A DNA stretch of 64,000 bases from Podarcis tiliguerta (Eukaryota), in NCBI GenBank assembly GCA_965153285.1, contig OZ229113.1, one strand, 5' to 3'. Below are positions 25,394 to 37,980 of the stretch, one piece after another. Every line of letters begins with the position of its first letter. Positions within the stretch are counted from its first letter, which is position 1. Below the pieces are notes generated by a model that saw only the letters and a list, made by a program, of their open reading frames with translations, had not been told where the DNA came from and made no database searches. The position numbers were made by a program, and so were the translations under genes.

Positions 25394-25645
25394 CAGGGGT
25401 CAGCAACCTTTTTCAGCCGTGAGCCAGTCCACCGTCCCTCAGACCATGTGGTGGGCAGGACTATATTTTGAAAAAAAAATATGAACGAATTCCTATGTCC
25501 CACACATAACCCTGAGATGCATTTTAAATAAAGACACACATTCTACTCATGTTAAAAACACACTGATTCCCAGACCATCCGCAGGCCAGATTTAGAAGGC
25601 GATTGGGCCACATCCAGCCCCCAGGCCTTAGGTTGCCTACCCCTG
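25394..25645. mobile_element. hAT (Charlie-like) MITE, 252 bp
   Basis: TIRs CAGGGGTCAGCAACCT / AGGTTGCCTACCCCTG; perfect 8-bp TSD TGCTAGAA. Confidence 0.9.
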
Positions 25646-28277
25646 TGCTAGAAGATGTGCCAGAATTTCTGCAACACAGAGAGATTGTTCATCCAATAAA
25701 CCAACGTGAATAGGGTTTGTGCAGGTAGAATACTACTCTTCTATTCAATGGCAGCCTAAAAAGCTTGTGTGACTATACTGGACAGGGGTGTAAATTCTAT
25801 ATTGTCAGTTATTAAATTAATGCTTAATGAAGAAATGTTCCCCTTTCCTTTTGGAAACCCTAGACAATGTGGTTGGTTTGTTTGTTTGTTTTTAAAGTCA
25901 AAGACAGGCTTTGTAAAAGCAGTAGCCTAGGCAGAGTGGCATTGCTTCTGTGTTGTGGTTTCAGAGGGAAAGGAGAAGACTGGTGGTGTGTTCCTTTGGG
26001 CAGTAGCAACCAGCAAGAGGTTTTTTGCAGGAAGACTTAAGAGCAAGTCCAGTCTATCTAAACAGTAAAAAGGTAGAATTTCACCAGGTGCTGTTTACTC
26101 TTAAAGGTTCACAAGTGGAAGGATGGTGTGTAGAAGTGGGAGCTTAGCCTGGGCGAAGAAATCCTATCATTGAATATAGACAAGACTTGAGGAAAGGCCT
26201 TCAGAAAAGCTGCATGATTGTCTTTCCCAGTATTTTCCCTAATTCATGTTTTCTATGCTGATCATTCCAGATGTCTGCATGCACTCGGAAACTCAGACAA
26301 AATAAATGCATTGCAGAAGACGGTCATGTGTGGCGTCCACTAACAAACACGTACAGCATTGTGTGTCTGTGTTTTCCCAGATGTGTGAGCACAGAACAGT
26401 ACAATTGGGCATTACCTTGCCATGGCTGTTAACAATGAGCTTTCGCATTGACTAGATTGCAGTGAAATCAAAGCCCCTACAAATTCCACTGTTACCAAGC
26501 TTTGCTAATATCTAGGATTTGGCCTTCCTCTCTGCTTTAGCAGTTGATTAAGACATACTTTAATCCCTTGCAGGGCACTGAGAAACTAATGGCTTGTGGA
26601 GTATTTGGGTCTTTAAGCTTCCAGTGTGGATGGTATGAAAATGATGTCATTTGGCTGATGTTTAAATATATTTCTCCTTTAAATAGATGTTGCTGCTTCC
26701 TCTCTCTCCCTGCCCCCTGCCTCCCCCTTGCTTCCTTTTATCACCTCCCACTTAATTTCCCCGCGTGTATTTATTCTTGGTAAGAAGTATGTGTGACATG
26801 TATCGGAAATCTGGGATTTCCTCCCTAGTAAATATTATCACAGAGCAGAGAGAGACTGAGACAGCTTGTGTGGGATCTGGTCTAGCACAGCTGAGCCCTA
26901 GAAATGCAGAGCACCGCAGCAAATCGGTATTGAGACAAAGCAAGTCACTTCTTTATACTTCAAACAGTTGGGAGCACTTGTATTTATAGAAATGGTTTCG
27001 GGAAAAGTCTTTCAAAGGCACAGGACAGCAAGTGCCACTTGCAGTTGTTGAATCAGCGATGCTAGCAAAGGAGCAAGGCAAAGGCAGGAGGTTGCATGGT
27101 GTGAGTTCAGGTAAAACACACATTGAAGTCAATGGGCTTCACGGGGAGATGAATCCTGGATGAAAGGTTCCAGGTTGTGTTTTTCAGTAAGGAATGAATA
27201 ATGAGGAGGAGTGTTTTGGAAACTGAGTGTGGGGTTTGCTTCATAGACAGTATGGCAAAGCATCTCCTGCCTGGAGGCTTTTAGACGAAACTGTACTGGA
27301 GGCCTGAGGCTTGTAGCTCGTCTGTGGCCTGCAGGCCAGAAGAAGGAAGGCCCGGAGGGCTGGAGACAGAGTGCCTCCTTACCATGCCAATCTCCCTTGC
27401 CAGCAGTGAGACCTCGACTTCTCGCAGGCAAGAGCTGTTGCTACAGAGGCAGGGTGAGGAGAGGTGGGTAATGTGAAACCTTCTGAGTCCTGGTCTTGTT
27501 GTGCAGCAGGGGCAGTGATCTACTTCAGGACACACCCAGAGTGGAGGGATAAATGAAGACATGAATTGGGGTCTGGCGGGTACAGCAAGACTTTTCAAAG
27601 TGAAGCGGGCACTACCAGGTCTCTGCTTGAGGAAGCAAACTTGGGCAGGTACTGCCGTTACGCTGGACTGCCATGCAGTCTGTCTGCTGCCTTCTTCACT
27701 CCTGCAGTAGATTTTTCTGGAACAAAAAATGCCCCCTCCCCCCACTGCATCTCATTTCCAAAGTAGAAAGGGGCATTTTCGGAAACTTGGGATACATTTA
27801 TTATATTTCTGAAGGTAACCTACTGAATAACTCCAGGGTGCTACTGCTTATTGCAGCTCACCAACATTTGAACCCTTGGCCAGGAGGGCTCTTTCTATAT
27901 TTTTGCTCAAATCTAGTCTATATTTGTCATATTTATGGAAATATGCAAAAGCCTGCAAAACGATCACTTTGAGAAGTCATTCCTCATGCCACTCTGGCAA
28001 AGGGCATAATCCATTGGCAATCCATAACAGGTGTGATGTCTCTTTGTGTTTTATGATTGAGGATTGATTGCTGGCAACCTTACAGACAAATCCCTAAGCA
28101 GCATCAAAGCAGGACTTTTGAAACCACAGGTCATTATAGCTTATTGGCATTTTACAGGGCGGATTATGATTTCATCAGCTCAGCAGCATTATAAGCACAG
28201 AAAAGAAACATGAGATGCCGGTGGTTGAACCTGCGGAAAACTGAGGAGGAATCTGGGTGTCCTGCGGGTGTGATAGA

Positions 28278-28415
28278 ACAAGGGTTGAGAGAACCTTTGG
28301 CACACAAGGCGTTGCTGTTCTCCAGCTGCCAGCATCCCAGGCCAATGGCCACGCTGGGCCACTGGGAGTTGCAGTTCAGCAGTGTCTAGGAGCCGAAAAG
28401 TCCCCCACCACTATC
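28278..28415. mobile_element. Older palindromic hAT-type MITE
   Basis: Degenerate hairpin core ...ccagcatcccag...ctgggagttgcagttcagcagtgtct... Confidence 0.5.
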
Positions 28416-29489
28416 AATGGATAGGAAATAGCTACTGCCTTGTTCATGTGAGGTCATAATAACAGTTCCTGGTGTGCTGCATGCGAACCGTGACAGCAGC
28501 ACATCTCTGACAATAACTCTGCCAAGCCAGCTATCCTGTGATGGCTCCAAAAAAGGATTCAGCTGATGGACAGCAAAGCATGGAAGTCCTAATGCTGTAG
28601 CAACCCACAAGCACTGAACCATCAAAGAAACAGAAAACCAGAAGTCAGTATGGGGTGTGTGTGTGTGTGTGTCCACCATGCATTATTTTAAGAACCGAAT
28701 ATTGGGAAACTTTACTGGAAACAGGTTCTGTAAAAATGTAGTATTTCTAACGTTTCCCCCGATGTAGCAAGTTCTCGCTTGAAAAACATTGGGAATGAGA
28801 ATATTTTAAGAGCCTGTTTTTAGCACATTTTATATTTAAAACAGCACACATGCACACACCTTCTTCTGCATCCAGTGTTTTTGTTTCTGACTTCCTGCTT
28901 CTAATACAACTGCAGCCAGATTCCAGTAAGAATGTGCAGGACTGACTTGGCACAGTGAGCTGATAAGCAGGCTTGACACCCGTGCAAAGGGAGATCTGAA
29001 AACGCTTCAGAGGCGAACTAGTTCTGGTGTCAGAGCCAGGCAAGGGCCACAGGTGACTATACTCAAAATCTAGGTGTGTGGGGTTAGTGGCCTGAGCTGA
29101 GCCATGAGCTAGGTCTGGAGCATTGCACTGCAGTGTGCAAACAGTACTTATCTTTTGTTTGGGAAATGGCAGAAGGCCTGGCTTTTAATGACACAAGATC
29201 TTGCCAATCTGCTTGCCCTTTGCAGGGATCAGTTACTTGTTTCAGTGACTGAAATGGACCCTGAGGCCATCATACTGTAGGTGGTAGCTAAACTTAGGCT
29301 TGGTTGCAGCTCGATACAATTTATGGCACAAGTATGGCTTCCCCCCCACTGTGTTTTCTAACAATGTTCCGAGTCACTTGGATAAAAAGTGACTTACAAA
29401 TCTAACAAACAACGATAAATAATTATACATTTAAAACCAGCACCATAGCAGCAATGACACCGGCTAGTGGTTTCCCCCTTGCCCTGCTC

Positions 29490-30155
29490 CAAGGGGCACA
29501 TGGATCCACATGTGGTGGAACTGTAAAAAGGTTAGACAGTTTTGGGAAACAATTTACAATCAGCTCAAGAAAATGTTCAAACGCTCTTTCCCTAAAAAGC
29601 CTGAAGCCTTCCTGCTAGGAATTATGGGTAACGGAATCCCCCCAAAATCCAGGAAAGCCTTTATGTATGTTAACAGTTGCTGCCAGAATTTTAATTGCAA
29701 AAGGCTGGAAGGGAGAGGATATCCCATCCAAATCAGACTGGCAAAATAAATTAAGAGAGTATGCTCAGCAAGGTTACAAGATGTTACAGATGAAAAATTT
29801 GTCAAGAGAGTGGGACATATACAGAGTTTATGTAAAAGAACATTGTCAAAATATCAATCCGTTGCCAGGTTTTGATTGAACTTCTATGTGTAAATAAGAT
29901 AATTTTATAAAAAATTAAAGTAAGCTAAACAACATGGAGAAAATAAAGTTAAGTGCATATTCAAGGAATCTACTCTGGGAACATAATGGGAAGATTGGAG
30001 GTCATGTCAAATTTAATTACAAAATGATGTACAAAGCAAGTACCAATTAAGGAATGAATGACTGTTTATTTTTATTTTGTCTTTAACATCTATTGATCAT
30101 TTTTGTTATACAGTTTTCAACCAATGAAGCTTTATAACCCCCCCCCAAAAAAAAA
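29490..30155 (+). mobile_element. L1 LINE 3' fragment (ORF2 C-terminus plus 3'UTR), frameshifted
   Basis: GTWIHMWWNCKKVRQFWETIYNQLKKMFKRSFPKKPEAFLLG, then in a shifted frame AARILIAKGWKGEDIPSKSDW, characteristic of the squamate L1 ORF2 end; AT-rich UTR and short A-run at ~30147. Confidence 0.85.
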
Positions 30156-30746
30156 TATCCAAGGGAAAACCCACTCCTTAGTGATAGAGCAGAACAAATG
30201 GAGCAGAACTGATGGAGCACTAAGAGCTGTGTTCCCTGGGGAAACAGGACGTGTCAGGTATATATCTCAAATCAAAAAATCAAAAAATCCAACACAAAAT
30301 TGCCTGTTGCCCAACTCTGGATGTCCTCAGGGATGGGCAGTGCTGTTGTTTTTTATGTGTGTGGTGACGCATTGCAGGGTGCAGTCCATCACTACACCCC
30401 CTGCTTCCATTGTGGGAGGTGCTCCGTGCCTGGCTGCACAACACACACACCTTCTTAACCCACTGTTTTGTGCAATTCTGATACACTGGAAAACTTGTAT
30501 ATTAAAAAAGAAAAGGCTGCACAAACATGTAAACAAATACCTGTCTGCATGCCCACAACGACCCTCATGTTTCTAGAAATTTGGGGGAAAGAAGTGATAA
30601 CTGAGGGGACAGGAAGCAGTGCAAATATACCCCAACAAGTGCCCAGTTGTGGGCAAGAAACATTGAGCTAGTATTCAATTGGAAGCGCTTATGTGGGGAC
30701 AAATTTGTACCAATGCACACACAGAAAAATCGAAGCTGTGTATGTA

Positions 30747-30975
30747 CAGTGAAAGCTCGTGTTATGGATGGGATCCGTTCCGGAGGCCCGTCCGTAACAC
30801 GGAACTGAAGCAAGCCGAAGCGCTGTGTCTGCGCACACGCGTGGCATGATTTAGCGCTTCTGCGCATGTGTGAGCAGCGAAACCCCGAAGTAACCCATTC
30901 TGGTACTTCTAGGTTGCCGCCGGACACAACACGAAAACACGTAACCTGAAGCGGATGCAACATGAGATATGACTG
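30747..30975. mobile_element. Tc1/mariner (Tigger-like) MITE
   Basis: TA|CAGT...ACTG|TA termini; internal atccgttccggag shared with the other Tigger-like MITEs. Confidence 0.7.
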
Positions 30976-31958
30976 TACATGAAACCTAAGTGTACATTAG
31001 CATTCTGGCATGTACACAGCCTATCTTTTCAATCCAGCTGGAACTATTTTACCTGGGGAGCATTCAAACATGCAAACTTCACTGGCAACCTTCTGAAGTA
31101 CTGTGGTCCTACCTTGTGCAAGTTTTTACTGGCAAATTATCAGCTCTTAAGACCAAGGATTAGTTACGCTGACTGATGCTGTTAATCATTTCAAATAGTG
31201 GCCTACTCACAAAGCTTTTAACAAATAAAATACTTGCCAGCCAGCAGGGGGGTTACCAACAGCTTATGGAGGGAGGGCATTATTGACAGACAGCTTTGGA
31301 ATCCCTAATAATTATCCTATTATGCCAGTTCTGTGATTATCTCACATTCAAAATGTGACAGCTGCAGCTTGCGAGATTGTTAGGCCCCGATGATTATCAT
31401 AATTCTTAGCATTTATACAGTGGCTTGGACTGTTCAAAGACCATCATTTATGTTACCTCAGTAATCTTTATAACAGTTCTGTAGAAGGAAGGTTGCAGTT
31501 CAGATCCTCAGCTATTAAGCTTCCTTAAATCTTAATCAGATTTTGGACGAGGAACCTCCAAGTGGAGGACAGATGCGGCTCTCCAGCTGTCACTGTCTGG
31601 TCCTTGACTATCCTTAGGCCGCACTCCTCCGCAGCCCTCCTCTGCATCCTCTTTGAGTGCTTTTGCCTGTCTGGAATATGTCACTGCCCTGTGATAATGT
31701 CTTTTGCTTGCCTGAGTGGAGACCTACATATAGCTTGCTGTGAGCAGAAGCATTGCTCCGCCCAATGAGCACCTCTGGCCCTGCCCAACACTGGCCTGTG
31801 GCCCCAAAGGAAATGTGATCCTTGTGCTGAAAAACATTATTTCCTCTTGCTATAGACTTTCTACACTCAGAATGTTTTGAGAAGGACTGTATATTTAACA
31901 TCTTTCTCCCTAGACACAGACAACCAAATTTGGTTATGCTCTGTGTTTGGTTTTTAAG

Positions 31959-32021
31959 GGGGCCATGGCTCAGTGGAAGAGCATCTCCCTTGCAAGCAGA
32001 AGCTTCCAGGTTCAATCCCAA
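31959..32021 (+). mobile_element. tRNA-derived SINE head fragment
   Basis: A-box-like tggctcagtgg and B-box-like ggttcaatccc; body truncated. Confidence 0.55.
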
Positions 32022-33192
32022 GAGACTCCAACCTTTTTATGTTTGCTGGAGAAGAGAGAAATGGTTATTAATAAACCAATATTAAGTCTGTGGTGTGAAT
32101 TTGTCCGTATTCTGTAAGCTCTCTGGTTTAGCCAGGTCATATTCTCAGCTCTACCAAAGGACTTTGTTACTTCTTTAGGCACATAAACCGCATCAGAAAG
32201 TGGCTTTTTAAATTAATGACTTCAGCTTCAGTGTCAATATCCAAAAAAAAATTGGTTTCACACTGCGAGCAAATAATAAGGCTATTTCCACAGTTACATG
32301 GTGAAAAAAGCAAGCAGGTTAGACACATTAGTTGTTTTTCTACCTTGTGAAGAGGCTTTTTCTTTCATCTTCCTTTTTACCTCTTTGATAATTTCTTTTA
32401 TAATACCCTTCTCTTCACTTTTGATCTCTGTCACAGCCATTTTTAACATTGCTTCCCTTTTCCGAACTAATTTGCTTGCCTCTTTATCTGCCAAGGGTGC
32501 TCCATCCGGTTGAGGATCTTCTCCTCTATAACATCTTTTTAAAAACAAAACTGCCTACAAGACAGCAAATCTGATTTGCAGTCAGTACTTACACAGTGGG
32601 AGTCATTTCCCCTTCATATCTGATACTGTTGGCTGCTGCTTCCAATTATGCCTTGTACTAGAAGCACAACTGCTGAGGTAACGGAGTTCTGTGATGAATC
32701 AGACTACTTCAGTTGCTAAGTGTGTGTCTTAGATTTTCCTCTTGCTTCCCTGTTTCGTTGCCATATATGGTGGACCCAAAGGCACTCATCCACTTGCTAC
32801 CATGTAATCCTCAGATATATTTTAGGGTCTGCATGAGAGGCGACCATGTGTTATTTATTAATCATGAGGTCATAATGATATGGATAAAAAGCAGGACAGA
32901 AGACAATGCCCAGGTTCAGACATAACAAAAACCATGTTTTGTTGTTACATGAATGAGCTGGAATGAGCCTTGGGCTCATGTTCAACTCCTTCTGCTTCTC
33001 TTGTGAGGTGGAGAACTTTCATGATTCCTCTCATCATTAGTAACAAAACCTTCTTCTGAACTTAACAAGAGATGGGTTACAATTTGTTAAAAGTGAAAGA
33101 TAAAAAGCATGATGGGTTATTAGGGTTGCCACCTTTTATTTACAATGGCCCCACTGTCTTGTGCCATGTATTTCCAAGTGTGTTCCTCCAAA

Positions 33193-33328
33193 GCAGGCAT
33201 GTTCAAAGTCCGCTTTGGGTGTGTAACCTGGCCCACTGGTCGGTTTAATCCGGCCCCTGTGGCAGTTTATCCACTGGGGTAAAATTCTAAAAAAAGTTCA
33301 ACAACTTCAATCCTAAAAAACAAGCTCA
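33193..33328. mobile_element. hAT-type transposon terminal fragment
   Basis: caggcatgttcaaagtcc...aatccggccc terminus pattern. Confidence 0.4.
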
Positions 33329-33821
33329 TCATCTCCTCTATTGCACATACAGCATGTAGAGTCTGTGTACAGAGATTAGGAACGTATGAATGTCAGGGAT
33401 AGGAACACCAGACCAACTTCCATTTGCTCTTAATATGCCAGTTCTTTCCTATCCTCATCGACATTCTTTTAATTTTCCTTGAAGCCCCCACAGATTATAC
33501 CCTTGAACAGGACCGCCATATTTGTTCCTAATTTGTCCTTTAGCAAAATTCACTGAAAATTCTCCTATTATTTACAGAACAGTGAAGGACCCACAAATGA
33601 TCCACATTTACTCTAGTGTAACATATGAACCAGCAGAAGAGGGCAGTTAAGTAGCATACTCCTTCGTGTTTCATCTTGCCTGGTCTTTTTAACAGTGCGC
33701 AATGGGGATGTTTTTAAAATTCTCCTCATCCAAATTTTGCCCCAGCCTTTGATGCTCCTGCCCTTGTTTCTTGCTGGTTCTTTTTTGGAGGATGGTAAGC
33801 ATGTTTTTGTCAGGTTTAGGG

Positions 33822-34005
33822 AAAAGGTTAGCGGTGGAGCACAATGCATACAAAAGCTCTTAGGGTTGATCCAGTTGGGCATCTCCAATAGGGCTTGGAA
33901 ACACTCCTTTCCAACCAAAACCCCAGAGAAGCGCTCGTGATCATTGTGGACAGCACTATTGAGCTAGGCAGCCCAATGGTCTCACTCTGCAAAAGGCCGT
34001 TGCCA
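33822..34005 (+). mobile_element. Old tRNA-derived SINE (same family as 31959)
   Basis: Degenerate body ggcatctccaatagggc...actattgagctaggcagcccaatggtctcactc. Confidence 0.5.
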
Positions 34006-37000
34006 GTGCAATATGCTTTCTGTTACAACAGTAGGACCTAAACAGAGAGAAAAGCAGTATAATGTTGTTCTTTCCAGAAGTCACTTTGGAAACAGAATAT
34101 TGGATGGACCTTTAGCCCTTGCTGGCTGGTTGCTTCTTATATTCCTTTGCTGACCACTGTGGCTTCAGTGGGGGCTGTGATCTCAAGCACGGCAGTTGTG
34201 GTGCCAAACATTAAAGGAATTTGCGAGGAATGCTTTTGTTTCTTATTTTTAAATATCACTGTCCCTCCTTGAGGATTACAATAAATGTTCTGATGCATTG
34301 GATTTTTTCTGTAGCTGAAGGCAGAACGATCCTCTCCTTTCCTAGGCTATACGTTCTCCTGATTTTTAAGGGATATGTCAGAGAAAGAACAACAGTAATA
34401 GTTGATAATCTGCAGATTTTATGGACAAGCAATTTTGAGTCTGACTCTCATCCTGTAAAGAACAGCAAACTCCTTCAGCTGGAACATGAAATAAAAGCTG
34501 AGCTGGAAAGGAAATGCAGCAATTTTCCTTTTTTTTTTTTTTAACATGGTACTTCATTTGACTCATGCAATGTTATTTAAAGCTTAGGCTGCAATAAGCA
34601 TTATTTGCAACATTGCCTTCAAAACCAAAACCAAAATCCTGCATAGTAGGTAAATGAGCTAAATAAGAGGCCCTAGAGATACACATAAAAATAAGAGTCT
34701 CTTCTCTGCACTGTAGAATCCCACACACTACATTCTTAACTCTCACCAGGAGTAAGTCTATGGAACCAGAGGTGTTGCAGAAGCCAGCTATACAGGGGCT
34801 GTGCCTCCCATTTTGCCACTTGAGGTAAAATGGGAAAGTGCCTTGTGACAGTTGCCTACCCCACCTGCTCCATCGATTCCGGCAGAGGAGTAGCACCTGT
34901 ATCCGTGCCAATTTTTTGCAACTTTGTGCCATTTTCTGGTAAATCTCATGTGCTCTGCAAGAACTTGCACGATTTCGGCAACATGATGTCAGAAATCGGC
35001 ACATTCTCACCTGAAGTCAGTACTGATGCCAGTGCTGTTCCTCCTCCAGCAGCAGAGGCGACGGGGCAGGCTGCTGCACTGCCTTAGCCTGGAAAATGGA
35101 AAACAAGTCTTTAAAATAATGTTTTGTGCTGGATCGTAGTCACACGGCCGAGTTGAATGTGCTTTGGATCTCCCCATGCCCACCATGCTCCTTTTAGAGG
35201 ACTTTCACTGGTCTCAGGATGAGCAAAGTATGCCAGCTGATGCCAACCTATCTTTGGCTGAGCTGGAGTTGGGGACTTTATGCCAGCAGAGGGGTCTTGC
35301 CCATGAAGTCTGGATGGCAGCAGTGGCTTTTCCATCTGTAATGTGCAACATGTGTCAGCAATAGATTCTTCAACCAACCTGGAGAGTTGAAGCAGAGAAT
35401 GGACAAGTGTCATGTGGGGACCATTTACACCTTTGTATTCACAATTAAAGACTGCCAAGCAATGTCTCTAATTGTATGGCTGGCTCATACATTATTATTT
35501 TTTTATAGAAAGGATTTGAAGGCCTGAATGATGAGTGGTATATTAATCCTGGTAGGATTTTTTGTTTTTAATATGTTTGTTGGATTGAGTCTATCAATTG
35601 CAACTCTTCATATTGAATTTTTGCTGATCTTACTAGTTTTGGTCCTAGTGCTTTTAAAGTACATTTGCGCTGTTGTTTTCTGTTGCTGATTTTATTCTGA
35701 TGCTGTTTTAAGGTGTTCTGCCTGTGCTTTATTTTTATACTTTGTGAATGGACAGTATAGAAATGTTGTGAATAAATACGCAAATAAATAACAGCTTCTT
35801 TATTTACAAGTTTAAAGCTGTGAGCTTCTTTGAAGGCCTTTAGTTCCAAACAGTGGGTTCTAAAAAAACACCAAGTTAACGTATATGGTGGCAATGGATA
35901 TCAGCATCTCTGTGGTACACACGTCACATGCCTGCCATTGATTTGCCTCTTCATGTCATGAGGCAGAGGGCTGGCTGTGTGTAGAGAAACTCCATGCATT
36001 TAGTTTATACATGCACAGGCTCTGCATAAGGCCAGATTAACCCTATGTGGAGGTAAAGAAAGGGGCTAAGTAAACACAGTTCCTCCTTTGCCTTCATGCA
36101 CTCAGTGACTTGGGATTGACCTAAATACAGAAGTATTCTCTCAAAAAAATGTGCACAAGAAAATAGGAACGCTCCTATATACACATGCCACAACAACATT
36201 CTTACACCTTGTGAGTGGATGCTCAAGCTTTGCCTCCCAAGGTTGAACGTAGAACACAGAAGACAACCTAGATCTTAGGTTGAAGAAGATCCAAAGAATA
36301 GGATGTAAAAGTCTTCTCCCCGCCCCCAATGTAACTTAACTCAGGTTTGAACCCATGGTGAACAATGTGAAAGTTGTGGTGCCTTCTATCAGATTAGTAC
36401 TGATAGTTCACAACAATGCCATGGCCCTATAGCAAACAACTGATGGACAAAAATCTGGAATAATTGTGTATACCCGTGTCTGAACCACCATTTTCATTGT
36501 CTTAATAGGGTGCTTGGGGGACTTTTCATATACTGTCTGATGGCCAAATCTGTCTACTTCTGTCCCTTGCCACTCATATATTTGGCAGTGGGTCTGTGCC
36601 ATGGAAGGTGGGGGAAGAAGTAACTCTTGAATTTTAACAGAAATGTGTCTCTTTGCACTTTCTCATTCACATGCAGATTGGTGATGAATCATTTACATCC
36701 ATGGCAATGTATGAGCAGATGCCTCTAACTGTTTTGTAGTAGCAGTTATCATTGGGTACACACTACGTCTCAAAATACCATGAAACTAAGAGAGAGAAGA
36801 TAAAGCAAAATCTATTCAGACTGAAAACAAATAAGCAATGCAAAAGCTAATAGTGCTTCTTAGTTAATGCATATTGATTGCAAACCACATTGCAGTAATC
36901 TGATACATGCTTTGGTTTTTATTCTGGTTAGGTAATAAATTATTACTGGTTGCTTGCACACGAAATGATAGGAAACAGATCCAAAATTAGTGCAAAATAT

Positions 37001-37301
37001 ACAGTCAACAAATGCAATGTTTTGTTTTTAAAATGGAATAGCCGAGGCAATAGAGCAGAGTTTCTGTGTTTAGGTAGTTCCATAAATCATGAAAAGCAAT
37101 AGATTGTATGAAAAATGAAAGAGAAAACAATTCATAATTTCATCCTTAATTTGAATTATAGTGAGAGTCTTGAGAGTCACCGAGAATCTTTCCTCGCTGA
37201 TTCTTAAAACGTGCTTGTTACCTTAGTGGAGAACATGGTAAATGATCTATCTATGGGTAGCACAGTCTAGTCACAACTCTTCTATGGCACAGAAATGTAT
37301 G

Positions 37302-37475
37302 CTAGTAAGTGCTGGGCTTTGGGAAGGAGGTGTGTGGCTCTGGCAGTGTCCTAGAGCCCTCCTGTCTCCTTCCTGAAGTGGGAAAGAACTAACTAGGCTT
37401 TGGGAAGGAGACAGGAGGACTCCATGACCCTGTCACAGCCGTTACACTTCCTTCCCAAAGCCCAGCACTTACTAG
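37302..37475. repeat. Long inverted repeat (~72-bp arms, ~29-nt loop)
   Basis: Outer 27 bp CTAGTAAGTGCTGGGCTTTGGGAAGGA and inner 16 bp CCTCCTGTCTCCTTCC have perfect reverse complements in the other arm. Confidence 0.9.
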
Positions 37476-37840
37476 GCTTTGGGAAGGAGGTGGAAAGGCA
37501 CCCCCTTGGCCCGGGAGGACTGCTCACACTGCCCTATATCTGCCTCTGTAGAAGCTTCACTGCCACAAGCACAATGCAGTACAATATAGATGGAGTTGGC
37601 ATGGCTATATTTAACACCTGCTGTCACTGAATATGAGAATTACTGTGAATGCTCATCACGGAGCACTCCTTTAATAAGAGGAAGCAGAAAGACAATAGTA
37701 CAAACTGAGCTGGCTTTTCTGAATAAGTGATCCTACCCGGTGTCTGAATCCTGGCAAGATACAGACACTGTGACTGAGTGGTTCCTGGTGAATTGCCTGT
37801 CGTGCCCAGAGCTGCCTCTCCCTGAAGGAGCAGGCACACA

Positions 37841-37980
37841 GTTTGGGGTGCTTTTGCCTCAGTGGCTAGAAGCACCTGTTACCAGATGCAACTGGTGCAA
37901 CAGCTATGGCCACTGATAGACTGGGAGAGTTTGATCACAGTAGATCAGGCACTGGAGACTTCAAGATTGGATTGCTTACT
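37841..37980 (+). mobile_element. L2 LINE ORF2 fragment
   Basis: ARSTCYQMQLVQQLWPLIDWESLITVDQALETSRLDC matches the L2 motif AR.AF.QL.L..QL.P.L....L.TV.HALVTSRLDYC. Confidence 0.75.

Noticed and set aside
31238-35296. Additional CTCF-like motifs (CCAGCAGGGGGGTT ~31241; CCAGCAGAGGGGTC ~35283)
   Set aside because: Both lack the highly conserved C of the GGC core; too weak to call.
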